Notes: generated by a model from the letters alone, not told the origin. A stretch of 64,000 bases of DNA from Escherichia coli (GCF_016903815.1 NZ_CP069973.1); one strand, 5' to 3'; counted from the stretch's first letter, positions 11,393 through 22,969 are shown. Translations and numbers: made by a program.

Positions 11393-12450
11393 CCGAACCG
11401 TTAAAACCACGTATTGATTTCGACGGTCCACTGGAGGTCGATCAGAATCCAAAATTCAGGGCGCAGCAGACCTTTGACGAAAATCAGGCGCAAAATTTTG
11501 CCCCGGCCACGCTCGACGAAGCGCAGGAAGAAGAGGGGCAAGTTGAAGCGGTGATGGACGCAGCGTTACGTCCGAAACGCAGCCTGTGGCGCAAAATGGT
11601 GATGGGCGGGTTGGCTCTGTTTGGCGCAAGCGTTGTCGGGCAGGGCGTGCAGTGGACAATGAACGCCTGGCAAACTCAGGATTGGGTAGCGCTGGGTGGA
11701 TGTGCCGCTGGGGCATTGATTATCGGCGCTGGCGTAGGTTCTGTGGTAACAGAGTGGCGGCGCTTATGGCGCTTGCGACAGCGCGCCCATGAACGCGACG
11801 AAGCGCGCGATTTGTTGCACAGTCACGGTACGGGTAAAGGCCGCGCATTTTGCGAAAAACTGGCGCAGCAGGCGGGCATCGACCAGTCGCATCCGGCACT
11901 GCAACGCTGGTATGCCTCAATCCATGAAACGCAAAACGATCGTGAAGTGGTCAGCCTGTATGCTCATCTGGTCCAGCCGGTTTTAGATGCCCAGGCGCGG
12001 CGCGAAATCAGCCGTTCGGCGGCGGAATCAACGTTGATGATTGCGGTCAGCCCGCTGGCGCTGGTGGATATGGCATTTATCGCCTGGCGCAATCTGCGTT
12101 TGATCAATCGCATCGCCACGCTGTATGGCATTGAACTGGGATATTACAGCCGTTTGCGCCTGTTTAAGCTGGTATTGCTGAATATCGCTTTCGCCGGAGC
12201 CAGCGAACTGGTGCGCGAAGTGGGGATGGACTGGATGTCGCAAGATCTCGCTGCGCGTTTGTCTACCCGGGCAGCTCAGGGGATTGGTGCAGGACTTCTG
12301 ACGGCACGACTGGGGATTAAAGCTATGGAGCTTTGCCGCCCTCTGCCGTGGATTGACGATGACAAACCTCGCCTCGGGGATTTCCGTCGTCAGCTTATCG
12401 GTCAGGTGAAAGAGACGCTGCAAAAAGGCAAAACGCCCAGCGAAAAATAA
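11389..12450 (+). CDS. ycjF: Inner-membrane protein YcjF (UPF0283)
   Basis: 353 aa, coupled to ycjX by an ATGA overlap. It has central hydrophobic helices. Confidence 0.9.
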   Translation: MTEPLKPRIDFDGPLEVDQNPKFRAQQTFDENQAQNFAPATLDEAQEEEGQVEAVMDAALRPKRSLWRKMVMGGLALFGASVVGQGVQWTMNAWQTQDWVALGGCAAGALIIGAGVGSVVTEWRRLWRLRQRAHERDEARDLLHSHGTGKGRAFCEKLAQQAGIDQSHPALQRWYASIHETQNDREVVSLYAHLVQPVLDAQARREISRSAAESTLMIAVSPLALVDMAFIAWRNLRLINRIATLYGIELGYYSRLRLFKLVLLNIAFAGASELVREVGMDWMSQDLAARLSTRAAQGIGAGLLTARLGIKAMELCRPLPWIDDDKPRLGDFRRQLIGQVKETLQKGKTPSEK

Positions 12451-12509
12451 TGCAATATCGGGTGCTGATCGGATATCTTTACGCCGAAGTGCCCGTTTTT
12501 CCGTCTTTG

Positions 12510-12527
12510 TGTCAATGATTGTTGACA
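12510..12527. promoter_or_regulatory. TyrR box upstream of tyrR
   Basis: TGTCAA-tgattg-TTGACA fits the TyrR box consensus TGTAAA-N6-TTTACA. It lies about 70 bp upstream of the tyrR start. Confidence 0.7.
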
Positions 12528-12597
12528 GAAACCTTCCTGCTATCCAAATAGTGTCATATCATCATATTAATTGTTCTTTTTTCAGGTGAAGGTTCCC

Positions 12598-14139
12598 ATG
12601 CGTCTGGAAGTCTTTTGTGAAGACCGACTCGGTCTGACCCGCGAATTACTCGATCTACTCGTGCTAAGAGGCATTGATTTACGCGGTATTGAGATTGACC
12701 CCATTGGGCGAATCTACCTCAATTTTGCTGAACTGGAGTTTGAGAGTTTCAGCAGTCTGATGGCCGAAATACGCCGTATTGCAGGTGTTACCGATGTCCG
12801 TACTGTCCCGTGGATGCCTTCTGAACGTGAGCATCTGGCGTTGAGCGCGTTACTGGAAGCGTTGCCTGAACCTGTGCTCTCTGTCGATATGAAAAGCAAA
12901 GTGGATATGGCGAACCCGGCGAGCTGTCAGCTTTTTGGGCAAAAATTGGATCGCCTGCGCAACCATACCGCCGCGCAATTGATTAACGGCTTTAATTTTT
13001 TGCGTTGGCTGGAAAGCGAACCGCAGGATTCGCATAACGAGCATGTCGTTATTAATGGGCAGAATTTCCTGATGGAGATTACGCCTGTTTATCTTCAGGA
13101 TGAAAATGATCAACACGTCCTGACCGGTGCGGTGGTGATGTTGCGATCAACGATTCGTATGGGTCGTCAGTTGCAAAATGTCGCCGCCCAGGACGTCAGC
13201 GCCTTTAGTCAAATTGTCGCCGTCAGCCCGAAAATGAAGCATGTTGTCGAACAGGCGCAGAAACTGGCGATGCTAAGCGCGCCATTGCTGATAACCGGTG
13301 ATACCGGCACCGGAAAAGATCTCTTTGCGTATGCCTGTCATCAGGCAAGCCCACGCGCGGGCAAACCCTATCTGGCGCTGAACTGTGCTTCTATCCCGGA
13401 AGATGCGGTCGAGAGTGAACTGTTTGGTCATGCTCCGGAAGGGAAGAAAGGGTTCTTTGAGCAGGCGAACGGTGGTTCGGTACTGCTGGATGAAATAGGT
13501 GAGATGTCACCACGGATGCAGGCGAAATTACTGCGTTTCCTTAATGATGGCACTTTCCGTCGGGTTGGCGAAGACCATGAGGTGCATGTCGATGTGCGGG
13601 TGATTTGCGCTACGCAGAAGAATCTGGTCGAACTGGTGCAAAAAGGCGTGTTCCGTGAAGATCTCTATTATCGTCTGAACGTGTTGACGCTCAATCTGCC
13701 GCCGCTACGTGACTGTCCGCAGGACATCATGCCTTTAACCGAGCTGTTCGTCGCCCGCTTTGCCGACGAGCAGGGCGTGCCGCGTCCGAAACTGGCCGCT
13801 GACCTGAATACTGTACTTACGCGTTATGCGTGGCCGGGAAATGTGCGGCAGTTAAAGAACGCTATTTATCGCGCACTAACACAACTGGACGGTTATGAGC
13901 TGCGTCCTCAGGATATTTTGTTGCCGGATTATGACGCCGCAACGGTAGCCGTGGGCGAAGATGCGATGGAAGGTTCGCTGGACGAAATCACCAGCCGTTT
14001 TGAACGCTCGGTATTAACCCAGCTTTATCGCAATTATCCCAGCACGCGCAAACTGGCAAAACGTCTCGGCGTTTCGCATACCGCGATTGCCAATAAGTTG
14101 CGGGAATATGGTCTGAGTCAGAAGAAGAACGAAGAGTAA
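12598..14139 (+). CDS. tyrR: Aromatic amino-acid regulator TyrR (ACT-PAS-AAA+-HTH)
   Basis: Start is set at MRLEVFCEDRLG (513 aa). The AAA+ Walker A is GDTGTGKD, and there is a C-terminal HTH. Confidence 0.95.
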   Translation: MRLEVFCEDRLGLTRELLDLLVLRGIDLRGIEIDPIGRIYLNFAELEFESFSSLMAEIRRIAGVTDVRTVPWMPSEREHLALSALLEALPEPVLSVDMKSKVDMANPASCQLFGQKLDRLRNHTAAQLINGFNFLRWLESEPQDSHNEHVVINGQNFLMEITPVYLQDENDQHVLTGAVVMLRSTIRMGRQLQNVAAQDVSAFSQIVAVSPKMKHVVEQAQKLAMLSAPLLITGDTGTGKDLFAYACHQASPRAGKPYLALNCASIPEDAVESELFGHAPEGKKGFFEQANGGSVLLDEIGEMSPRMQAKLLRFLNDGTFRRVGEDHEVHVDVRVICATQKNLVELVQKGVFREDLYYRLNVLTLNLPPLRDCPQDIMPLTELFVARFADEQGVPRPKLAADLNTVLTRYAWPGNVRQLKNAIYRALTQLDGYELRPQDILLPDYDAATVAVGEDAMEGSLDEITSRFERSVLTQLYRNYPSTRKLAKRLGVSHTAIANKLREYGLSQKKNEE

Positions 14140-14144
14140 GCGCG

Positions 14145-14179
14145 AATATGCCTGATGGTGCAACACCATCAGGCATATT
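14145..14179. terminator. Perfect 16-bp-stem hairpin between convergent tyrR and tpx
   Basis: aatatgcctgatggtg-caa-caccatcaggcatatt. There is no clear U-tract on either side, so terminator function is inferred from position only. Confidence 0.55.
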
Positions 14180-14182
14180 AAC

Positions 14183-14689
14183 TTATGCTTTCAGTACAGC
14201 CAGAGCTGCTTCGTAATCCGGCTCGGTGGTGATTTCATCCACCAGTTGGCTGAAAATCACATTGTCATTTTCATCAATAACCACAACGGCACGCGCTGCC
14301 AGACCTTTCAGTGGGCCATCAGCAATTGCCACACCGTAGGCTTGCAGGAATTCAGCGTTACGGAAAGTGGAGAGGGTGATAACGTTGTTCAGACCTTCTG
14401 CGCCGCAGAAACGAGACTGGGCGAACGGCAGATCGGCAGAAATACACAGCACAACGGTGTTGTCGATCTCGGTTGCCAGTTGGTTAAACTTACGTACTGA
14501 TGCGGCGCAAACACCGGTATCAATACTCGGGAAAATGTTCAGCACTTTGCGTTTACCCGCAAACTGACCGAGGGTGACGTCAGACAGATCTTTTGCCACG
14601 AGAGTAAAAGTCTGCGCTTTGCTACCCGCCTGCGGGATGGAATTGGCGACTGTAACCGGGTTGCCCTGGAAATGAACGGTTTGTGACAT
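14183..14689 (-). CDS. tpx: Thiol peroxidase
   Basis: 168 aa, recognised as Tpx ([31 protein letters not shown]..). Confidence 0.96.
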   Translation of the reverse strand: MSQTVHFQGNPVTVANSIPQAGSKAQTFTLVAKDLSDVTLGQFAGKRKVLNIFPSIDTGVCAASVRKFNQLATEIDNTVVLCISADLPFAQSRFCGAEGLNNVITLSTFRNAEFLQAYGVAIADGPLKGLAARAVVVIDENDNVIFSQLVDEITTEPDYEAALAVLKA

Positions 14690-14797
14690 GATTATCTTTC
14701 CTGTTTACATATAGTTAACGTCACACCTAGTTTATGCTAACTGTCAATAACACAGCAAACGCTATTTGCGCTTAATCCGCAGACCACCGCGACAACA

Positions 14798-15747
<950 letters not shown>

Positions 15748-15773
<26 letters not shown>

Positions 15774-16476
15774 GATGCCAGCGCAGCAAGTTTGCCATCG
15801 CAAAGAGATATTTTTCGCTGGCTTCGTCGGAGGAGATGGGTGGAAACTCTGCGGTGATGCAATGCAGGTTGAGATCCGCACACCAACTGCCGAAAGAGCC
15901 AGGCGTTTCATAACCGACGCTGGTTACCAGAGGCAATTCAAACGCCTGGGCCAGCCATTCACCTAATTCGCTGTGTCTGGGATCTTCAATACAGGCCAGC
16001 GGATCGTGGAATGAGACCACCCAGGCGGGTTGAATGCGGTGTATAAGCTGGCACAGCGCCTGGGTTTCAGGTTCAGAGCCAGGTTTGTCACCTGTCAGCA
16101 ATACGACATCACGTTCTTCAGCGGCGCTGTTCCAGCGATAAACGGTTTCACCTTCCTTCCAATTCGCCGCCGGAAAGTTTCTGTTTAAATCCACACCATT
16201 AGCATTGGCCCGTAACCCCAACTGGCAGCCGTCAGGATTCACACACAGCACCACATGATGACGGCGCAAAGAAGGTGTCAACGTCCGCAGAGCACAGGAG
16301 AGCGTGACGACCGAAGAGTTTTCATCACCGTGAGTGCCAGCCAGAATCAAACCACTTTCGCGGCTGGCTGCAGGGGCAGGAAACCAGATTAACGGCGCGC
16401 CCAATAATGAACGTCCGTAATGTTCTGTTCCGGGCGGAAATGCGCCGCGTTCGGCGCGTGGGCGGGTTACGGTCAT
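15748..16476 (-). CDS. mpaA: Murein tripeptide amidase (M14-like)
   Basis: Start is set at MTVTRPRAERG (242 aa). The metal-binding motif is GTHGDE. Confidence 0.92.
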
Positions 16477-16572
16477 GATCGTCTCTGGTTCAGGAAGTAT
16501 TACAGGCAGTGTTGTGCAAATTTTGCGGATTATCAAATCCTTTTCTTCAACGCTATGTCATCGATCTTGTAT

Positions 16573-16601
16573 CACTTTTTTGCCGGAAGTTGTTTGCATT
16601 T
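16573..16601. repeat. Copy A of a conserved 29-bp motif (upstream of mpaA)
   Basis: CACTTTTTTGccGGAAGTTGTTTGCATTT. 27 of 29 positions are identical to 19684-19712. Confidence 0.8.
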
Positions 16602-16766
16602 TCATTGATGTGCAGATATTAGAATTGTCGTAATGTTATATACATGGCGTATTTTATTCTTACTGGTTCTACACATGTTAATCGCATCTGATTGATCAGT
16701 TCACCTTAATAAGTTTAATAAATCGTACTGCACATAGTACAGTACGAAGGTAGCTATATAATTGAT

Positions 16767-17405
16767 TTACATGAAGAATGGCTTATCGCCATCAGTCCCG
16801 GGCTGATTGATGCCTATATTCTCACCAATGTGTTTCTCAGGTTTATCGATGATATCTGTAATTAATGCTGCGACACTCTTACGTGATACGATCGTACCTT
16901 TGAATGGTTCATTGCGTGAGGTAAGCTCATAATCAATAATATCTTCATCGGTCAGCCAGGCAGGGCGAAGAATTGTATATTCCAGTCCAGAAGCCTCAAT
17001 TGCATCCGCAGCCCTGCGGAATGGTTTTAGGGGCTCACAAATAACTGCATTATTCCATTCGCCAAATTTTCCTGGAACTTCATCATAAATACCGAGGGAA
17101 AGAACAAAGATCAGACGTTTAACATCACAGGCTTTCATCGCAGCGATCACTGAATTTGCCTGAATATCTAAATCTTCCCCCGTAAGGTTGGCATACACAA
17201 CATCCTGTCCCTGCATGGCCTGCTTCAGTGCTGCATGATTCAGTACATCCCCCATAATAATCTTGCTATTAGTTGGATAGGGTTTGTGGATTTTTGCTGG
17301 CTGACGGGCAAATAAAGTTTGTTTAATGGTTTGTTTATCTGCCAGTTGATTAATCACATGGCGGGCTATCTGACCGCCAGCACCAAGAATCAGTACATTT
17401 TTCAT
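16767..17405 (-). CDS. ymjC: NAD(P)-binding atypical SDR / NmrA-like protein (intact form of the K-12 ymjC/ymjD remnant)
   Basis: 212 aa with an N-terminal Rossmann motif (ILGAGGQIARH). It sits between mpaA and ycjY, where K-12 carries pseudogene fragments (from memory). Confidence 0.8.
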   Translation of the reverse strand: MKNVLILGAGGQIARHVINQLADKQTIKQTLFARQPAKIHKPYPTNSKIIMGDVLNHAALKQAMQGQDVVYANLTGEDLDIQANSVIAAMKACDVKRLIFVLSLGIYDEVPGKFGEWNNAVICEPLKPFRRAADAIEASGLEYTILRPAWLTDEDIIDYELTSRNEPFKGTIVSRKSVAALITDIIDKPEKHIGENIGINQPGTDGDKPFFM

Positions 17406-17475
17406 GAAACTTTTCCCAGATTATTGGCAGCAATATGCCAGGCCATATCACTATTACGGATTTGAATATGTTTCA

Positions 17476-18396
17476 TTACAGAGTTTCCTCAAAGAACGGC
17501 GCTAATACTGAAATTGCTTCAGCCACATAGACTTTGCCGTCATAAAGATCCATATGGTTTGCGCCTTCAACAATGTGATAGCGTTTATCCTGGCTTGATG
17601 CTCGATCGTACAGGTCGTCACTCATCCATTTGCTCCCTGCCTGGCTGCCCGCCACAATCTGTATCGGCTGAGTCAGGTACACTTCCGCCATATGGTAAGC
17701 ATCATAGGTAATAATCTGGTTAAGGCTGCGCAAAGTAGCGTAACCCGGTGCTGTTGGATACTGCGCGCGAGGGGTGTGGTAATACTCCCAGGCCTGACGC
17801 AGTTCTTCGTTCGGCGCATCGGACTCCTTCATTGGTGCCAGTGGCATGGTGGCGTATTCTCCGCTGCTAATATCGCTGGTTCGGGCGTTTGAACCCGCGT
17901 CAACGTATGGTAGGGCATCAATAGATTTCACATTGTTTTCCCAACCATTACGGAACATCGAACCAATATTGACCGCACTAACAGTACCGATGGCCTTGAT
18001 GCGGCGATCCTGAATTGCAGCATTGGCTGTATATCCTGCACCGGCACAAATTCCCATCGCACCAATTCGGCTATTGTCGACATAAGAAAGCGTTGTCAGA
18101 TAATCAATCACGGCACTGACGTCTTCAGTACGAATGTATGGGTTTTCTAACTGACGCGGCTCGCCGCCGCTTTCACCTTGATAAGATGCGTCATAAGCAA
18201 TAGTGACAAATCCCTTTTCCGCCAGTTTTTCGGCATAGGTTCCAGCCGTTTGCTCTTTAACGCCCCCACCTGGGTGAGATACCACAATTGCCGGATACTG
18301 ACGGGTTTCATCAAATTTTGGAGGGAAATAGATCACTGCAGACAAAGAGATGGTTGGATTATTGCTGTTAGTGAAGCTGACTTTATTATTCATCAT
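17476..18396 (-). CDS. ycjY: Alpha/beta hydrolase
   Basis: Start is set at MMNNKVSF (306 aa). It has an alpha/beta-hydrolase-like nucleophile elbow (GICAG). Confidence 0.88.
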   Translation of the reverse strand: MMNNKVSFTNSNNPTISLSAVIYFPPKFDETRQYPAIVVSHPGGGVKEQTAGTYAEKLAEKGFVTIAYDASYQGESGGEPRQLENPYIRTEDVSAVIDYLTTLSYVDNSRIGAMGICAGAGYTANAAIQDRRIKAIGTVSAVNIGSMFRNGWENNVKSIDALPYVDAGSNARTSDISSGEYATMPLAPMKESDAPNEELRQAWEYYHTPRAQYPTAPGYATLRSLNQIITYDAYHMAEVYLTQPIQIVAGSQAGSKWMSDDLYDRASSQDKRYHIVEGANHMDLYDGKVYVAEAISVLAPFFEETL

Positions 18397-18533
18397 TCCG
18401 TTCCTCATGGAGTTGTCGGTTCGTTTTAACGGTTGGTGATATCACTATAGATATTGATCATTAAGTTGATTAGACCCAAAATCATGATTAGACCTATCAT
18501 TTAAATGATTAATAGATTGTATGGAGATACTGA

Positions 18534-19433
18534 ATGAAGCGTGAAGAAATCGCTGATCTGATGGCGTTTGTCGTCGTTGCAGAGGAGCGTAGCTTCACTC
18601 GCGCAGCAGCCCGCCTGAGCATGGCGCAGTCAGCTTTAAGCCAGATAGTGCGCCGTATAGAAGAACGATTGGGATTGCGGCTTCTGACACGAACCACGCG
18701 CAGCGTTGTACCCACTGAAGCGGGCGAGCATCTTTTGTCTGTTCTTGGCCCTATGTTGCATGACATAGATTCTGCCCTGACATCCCTGAGCGATCTGCAG
18801 AACCGCCCATCCGGGACAATACGTATTACTACTGTAGAACATGCAGCAAAAACGATATTGTTACCAGCTATGCGCACATTCCTGAAATCGCATCCTGAAA
18901 TTGATATCCAGCTTACCATTGATTATGGTTTGACCGATGTCGTTTCTGAACGTTTTGATGCAGGCGTCCGTCTGGGTGGGGAGATGGATAAAGATATGAT
19001 CGCCATTCGAATCGGGCCAGATATACCAATGGCTATTGTTGGCTCACCGGATTATTTTTCTCGTCGAAGTGCTCCAACGTCAGTGTCACAATTAATAGAT
19101 CATCAGGCAATTAATTTGTATCTTCCCACATCGGGTACAGCAAATCGCTGGAGATTAATACGCGGTGGACGTGAAGTTCGTGTTCGCATGGAAGGTCAGC
19201 TTTTACTGAATACGATAGACCTGATCATTGATGCTGCAATTGATGGGCATGGATTGGCGTATCTACCTTATGATCAGGTTGAGCGGGCTATTAAAGAAAA
19301 AAAACTGATACGTGTTTTGGATAAATTCACACCAGATTTACCCGGTTATCACCTGTACTATCCACACCGTCGACATGCTGGCTCGGCATTCTCATTATTT
19401 ATAGATAGGCTGAAGTATAAAGGTGCTGTTTAG
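18534..19433 (+). CDS. pgrR: LysR-family regulator of murein peptide recycling genes
   Basis: 299 aa with a LysR N-terminal HTH (FVVVAEERSFTRAAARLSMAQSALSQIVRRIE). It is divergent from ycjY. Confidence 0.92.
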   Translation: MKREEIADLMAFVVVAEERSFTRAAARLSMAQSALSQIVRRIEERLGLRLLTRTTRSVVPTEAGEHLLSVLGPMLHDIDSALTSLSDLQNRPSGTIRITTVEHAAKTILLPAMRTFLKSHPEIDIQLTIDYGLTDVVSERFDAGVRLGGEMDKDMIAIRIGPDIPMAIVGSPDYFSRRSAPTSVSQLIDHQAINLYLPTSGTANRWRLIRGGREVRVRMEGQLLLNTIDLIIDAAIDGHGLAYLPYDQVERAIKEKKLIRVLDKFTPDLPGYHLYYPHRRHAGSAFSLFIDRLKYKGAV

Positions 19434-19683
19434 CACTACTTGCTGATACATTAATTTAATTCTTCTCTTAACGTATTCTCAGTTCCTTTCAACGTTTTGG
19501 TCATTTTTTATTCTTCGTACAATGGCGACAGATGCTGATTATGATACCGAAAACGGGTTTGAACGTGCGAAGCCCGAACGTAGTGTTCGGAGTTCTATGT
19601 GCTTTACCGCATTTTGGAGACTATTATTTACACTAAATCTGATTTGATATATTGATACTTAAAACATTTGATGCTTCCTTTGT

Positions 19684-19712
19684 CACTTTTTTGATGGAAG
19701 TTGTTTGCATTT
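19684..19712. repeat. Copy B of the conserved 29-bp motif (upstream of mppA)
   Basis: CACTTTTTTGatGGAAGTTGTTTGCATTT, 58-86 bp upstream of the mppA start. Confidence 0.8.
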
Positions 19713-19769
19713 CTTTAAGGCGAAACAAATAATTACGCATCAATTTTAATGTCGGTTAGAGGGAAACTT

Positions 19770-21383
19770 ATGAAGCACTCTGTTTCAGTCACGTGTTGTG
19801 CGCTGTTGGTCAGCAGCATTTCTCTTTCGTATGCTGCTGAAGTTCCGAGCGGCACAGTACTGGCAGAGAAGCAGGAGCTGGTGCGCCACATTAAAGATGA
19901 GCCAGCGTCTCTGGATCCCGCTAAAGCCGTGGGCCTGCCGGAGATTCAGGTCATTCGCGATCTGTTTGAAGGACTGGTGAATCAGAACGAGAAAGGGGAG
20001 ATTGTCCCCGGCGTTGCGACTCAGTGGAAAAGTAATGACAACCGTATTTGGACTTTTACCCTGCGCGATAACGCAAAATGGGCGGATGGCACACCGGTAA
20101 CGGCGCAAGATTTTGTCTACAGCTGGCAACGTCTGGTGGACCCAAAAACATTGTCGCCATTTGCATGGTTTGCCGCGCTGGCGGGAATCAACAACGCACA
20201 GGCGATTATTGATGGTAAAGCCACGCCTGACCAGCTTGGCGTCACCGCAGTTGATGCCCATACTTTGAAAATCCAGCTTGATAAACCGTTGCCGTGGTTT
20301 GTGAATTTAACCGCTAACTTTGCCTTCTTCCCGGTGCAAAAAGCCAACGTAGAAAGTAGTAAAGAGTGGACGAAACCCGGAAAACTGATCGGTAATGGCG
20401 CTTATGTTCTTAAAGAGCGCGTAGTCAATGAAAAACTGGTCGTGGTACCGAATACCCATTATTGGGATAACGCCAAAACGGTGCTGCAAAAAGTGACCTT
20501 CCTGCCAATTAATCAGGAATCCGCAGCCACTAAGCGTTATCTCGCGGGGGATATTGATATCACCGAATCCTTCCCGAAAAATATGTATCAGAAGCTGTTG
20601 AAGGATATTCCGGGGCAGGTTTATACGCCGCCGCAGCTCGGGACCTATTATTATGCGTTTAACACGCAAAAAGGGCCGACGGCCGATCAGCGTGTTCGCC
20701 TGGCATTAAGTATGACGATAGATCGCCGCCTGATGACCGAAAAAGTGTTGGGGACGGGGGAAAAGCCAGCGTGGCATTTTACACCAGATGTTACTGCCGG
20801 TTTTACGCCGGAGCCTTCGCCGTTTGAACAAATGAGTCAGGAAGAACTGAATGCGCAGGCAAAAACTTTGTTGAGCGCAGCTGGTTATGGTCCGCAAAAA
20901 CCGCTGAAGCTGACGCTTTTGTATAACACTTCAGAAAACCATCAAAAAATTGCGATTGCTGTAGCATCGATGTGGAAAAAGAACCTTGGCGTAGATGTTA
21001 AATTGCAGAATCAGGAATGGAAAACCTATATCGATAGCCGTAACACCGGCAATTTTGATGTTATCCGCGCCTCATGGGTAGGGGATTATAATGAACCCTC
21101 CACTTTCCTTACGTTGTTAACGTCAACGCATTCAGGGAATATTTCACGCTTTAACAATCCGGCATACGACAAAGTACTGGCCCAGGCATCAACGGAAAAT
21201 ACCGTTAAAGCGCGTAATGCCGATTACAATGCGGCAGAAAAAATCCTCATGGAGCAAGCACCGATTGCACCAATTTATCAATATACCAATGGACGATTAA
21301 TCAAGCCGTGGCTGAAAGGTTATCCCATTAATAACCCGGAAGATGTGGCGTACAGTCGGACTATGTATATTGTGAAGCATTGA
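19770..21383 (+). CDS. mppA: Periplasmic murein tripeptide-binding protein
   Basis: Start is set at MKHSVSVTCCALLVSSISLSYA (537 aa). It has a signal peptide and belongs to solute-binding protein (SBP) family 5 (OppA-like). Confidence 0.94.
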   Translation: MKHSVSVTCCALLVSSISLSYAAEVPSGTVLAEKQELVRHIKDEPASLDPAKAVGLPEIQVIRDLFEGLVNQNEKGEIVPGVATQWKSNDNRIWTFTLRDNAKWADGTPVTAQDFVYSWQRLVDPKTLSPFAWFAALAGINNAQAIIDGKATPDQLGVTAVDAHTLKIQLDKPLPWFVNLTANFAFFPVQKANVESSKEWTKPGKLIGNGAYVLKERVVNEKLVVVPNTHYWDNAKTVLQKVTFLPINQESAATKRYLAGDIDITESFPKNMYQKLLKDIPGQVYTPPQLGTYYYAFNTQKGPTADQRVRLALSMTIDRRLMTEKVLGTGEKPAWHFTPDVTAGFTPEPSPFEQMSQEELNAQAKTLLSAAGYGPQKPLKLTLLYNTSENHQKIAIAVASMWKKNLGVDVKLQNQEWKTYIDSRNTGNFDVIRASWVGDYNEPSTFLTLLTSTHSGNISRFNNPAYDKVLAQASTENTVKARNADYNAAEKILMEQAPIAPIYQYTNGRLIKPWLKGYPINNPEDVAYSRTMYIVKH

Positions 21384-21396
21384 TGTGATGGGAATT

Positions 21397-21420
21397 GGCG
21401 TTACCCTTGTGGATAACGCC
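21397..21420. terminator. Hairpin between convergent mppA and ynaI
   Basis: ggcgtta-cccttgtgga-taacgcc. Confidence 0.5.
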
Positions 21421-21433
21421 AGTGATGTCTGAT

Positions 21434-22465
21434 TTAGCGACCCTGGTCCGGCGGTGTAATGTTATCCATATACAGCGTCTGGCTGGGGAAGGCAAAGTCC
21501 GCGCCGTGTGACTGTACAATATCGATAATCTTCAAATAAACGTCTTGCTGTGCAGCAAGCCATTCAGCCCATACCGTGGTTTTGGTAAAGCAATAAACCA
21601 TAATATTCAATGAGGAGTCAGCAAACTGGTTGAAATAAACCAGTAAGGTTTGTCGCTGGTCAATGGCCGGGTGATTTTTCAGCATCTCACGTACGGCTTC
21701 GACAATAACGCCCACTTTTGCCGCATCCTCATAACGTAAACCAATGGTCGTGGTAATGCGCCGGTTGGTCATTCGTCCTGGGTTTTCTACGCTGATTGAC
21801 GAAAACAGCGAGTTCGGTACGTACAACGGACGATTATCAAAAGTCGTAATCTTGGTAATTCGCCAGCCAATTTCCGATACTGTACCTTCGATATTTCTGT
21901 CCGGTGAACGGATCCAGTCGCCAATACTAAAAGGACGGTCGAAATAGAGCATAATCCCGGAAAAGAAGTTACTCAGAATATCTTTACCGGCCATACCGAC
22001 AGCCAGACCACCAATACCACCAAAGGTCAACAAGCCAGAAAGGCTCATGCCGAAATGTTCGCCATAAAGCAGAACAAGCACCACAATAATGGTGATTTTG
22101 ATGATACGCGACATAATCCGCGCACTGGTGATATCGCGACCTTTTTTAATCTGCTGTTTTTCAAACTGATTTATCAGCAGAAATAGTTTAATCGTCAGAA
22201 TAACCGCAATCAGGGACGTACAGATAAAATCGATAACGCCTGGGGTGATAAATTTGAGTTTATAGTTTTCTATAACATAATTAATGATGCTACCAACAGC
22301 ACTGATAATTATGGTGTAGATTAAAAATTGCACCGCATGGAATAAAAATCCTTTTCTTTTACGATTTCCGCGGCGAAACCAAAAGCTCATCAGAATCAAT
22401 GCTGCGCAGCTACCGAAAATAATGACCAGATTAAGCGCATTATTTGTAAACAGTTCAGCGATCAT
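21434..22465 (-). CDS. ynaI: MscS-family mechanosensitive channel
   Basis: 343 aa with N-terminal TM helices and an MscS beta domain. Recognised as YnaI. Confidence 0.93.
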   Translation of the reverse strand: MIAELFTNNALNLVIIFGSCAALILMSFWFRRGNRKRKGFLFHAVQFLIYTIIISAVGSIINYVIENYKLKFITPGVIDFICTSLIAVILTIKLFLLINQFEKQQIKKGRDITSARIMSRIIKITIIVVLVLLYGEHFGMSLSGLLTFGGIGGLAVGMAGKDILSNFFSGIMLYFDRPFSIGDWIRSPDRNIEGTVSEIGWRITKITTFDNRPLYVPNSLFSSISVENPGRMTNRRITTTIGLRYEDAAKVGVIVEAVREMLKNHPAIDQRQTLLVYFNQFADSSLNIMVYCFTKTTVWAEWLAAQQDVYLKIIDIVQSHGADFAFPSQTLYMDNITPPDQGR

Positions 22466-22708
22466 TGTTTTATCAGGCTCCTCCAGATAATTGTCGTCAT
22501 GCCGGAAACCCCTGGCGGGGCTATTTTACCGCGACAATTCATTCAGATCATCAATAGTCAGGGAAGGAAGTAGCAACATTAGCTAACTAATCAATGCGTT
22601 GATTGTAAATCCAGCTAAGAGGTGAGGTTTTCAGAGCAGACAACGGTAAAATGTCATGGTATTGTTATGTTTAGGTAACAAGAAATTTGTCTGCACAAGG
22701 ATTACATC

Positions 22709-22966
22709 ATGATTATGGCGAAACTGAAGTCAGCGAAAGGGAAGAAATTTCTCTTTGGTTTGTTGGCGGTTTTCATTATTGCGGCGTCGGTTGTGACTCG
22801 CGCGACCATCGGCGGCGTGATAGAACAGTACAATATTCCGCTGTCTGAGTGGACGACATCAATGTATGTGATTCAGTCATCGATGATTTTTGTTTATAGC
22901 CTGGTCTTTACTGTGTTACTGGCAATCCCGTTGGGAATTTATTTCCTTGGCGGCGAAGAGCAGTAA
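22709..22966 (+). CDS. ynaJ: Small 2-TM membrane protein
   Basis: 85 aa, recognised as YnaJ. Confidence 0.85.
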   Translation: MIMAKLKSAKGKKFLFGLLAVFIIAASVVTRATIGGVIEQYNIPLSEWTTSMYVIQSSMIFVYSLVFTVLLAIPLGIYFLGGEEQ

Positions 22967-22969
22967 GTA

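Noticed and set aside
217-14500. Many ORFs of 60-180 aa lie antisense to, or out of frame within, well-supported core genes. Examples are 217-522(-), 907-1443(-), 2353-2784(-), 2947-3441(-), 4206-4487(-), 5091-5426(-), 6813-7115(-), 10535-10936(-), 12028-12423(-) and 14246-14500(+).
   Set aside because: They are shadow ORFs, typical of GC-rich E. coli coding DNA. They lack SD sequences, have Arg/Pro/Gly-rich unnatural compositions, and are fully nested in genes whose products I recognise.
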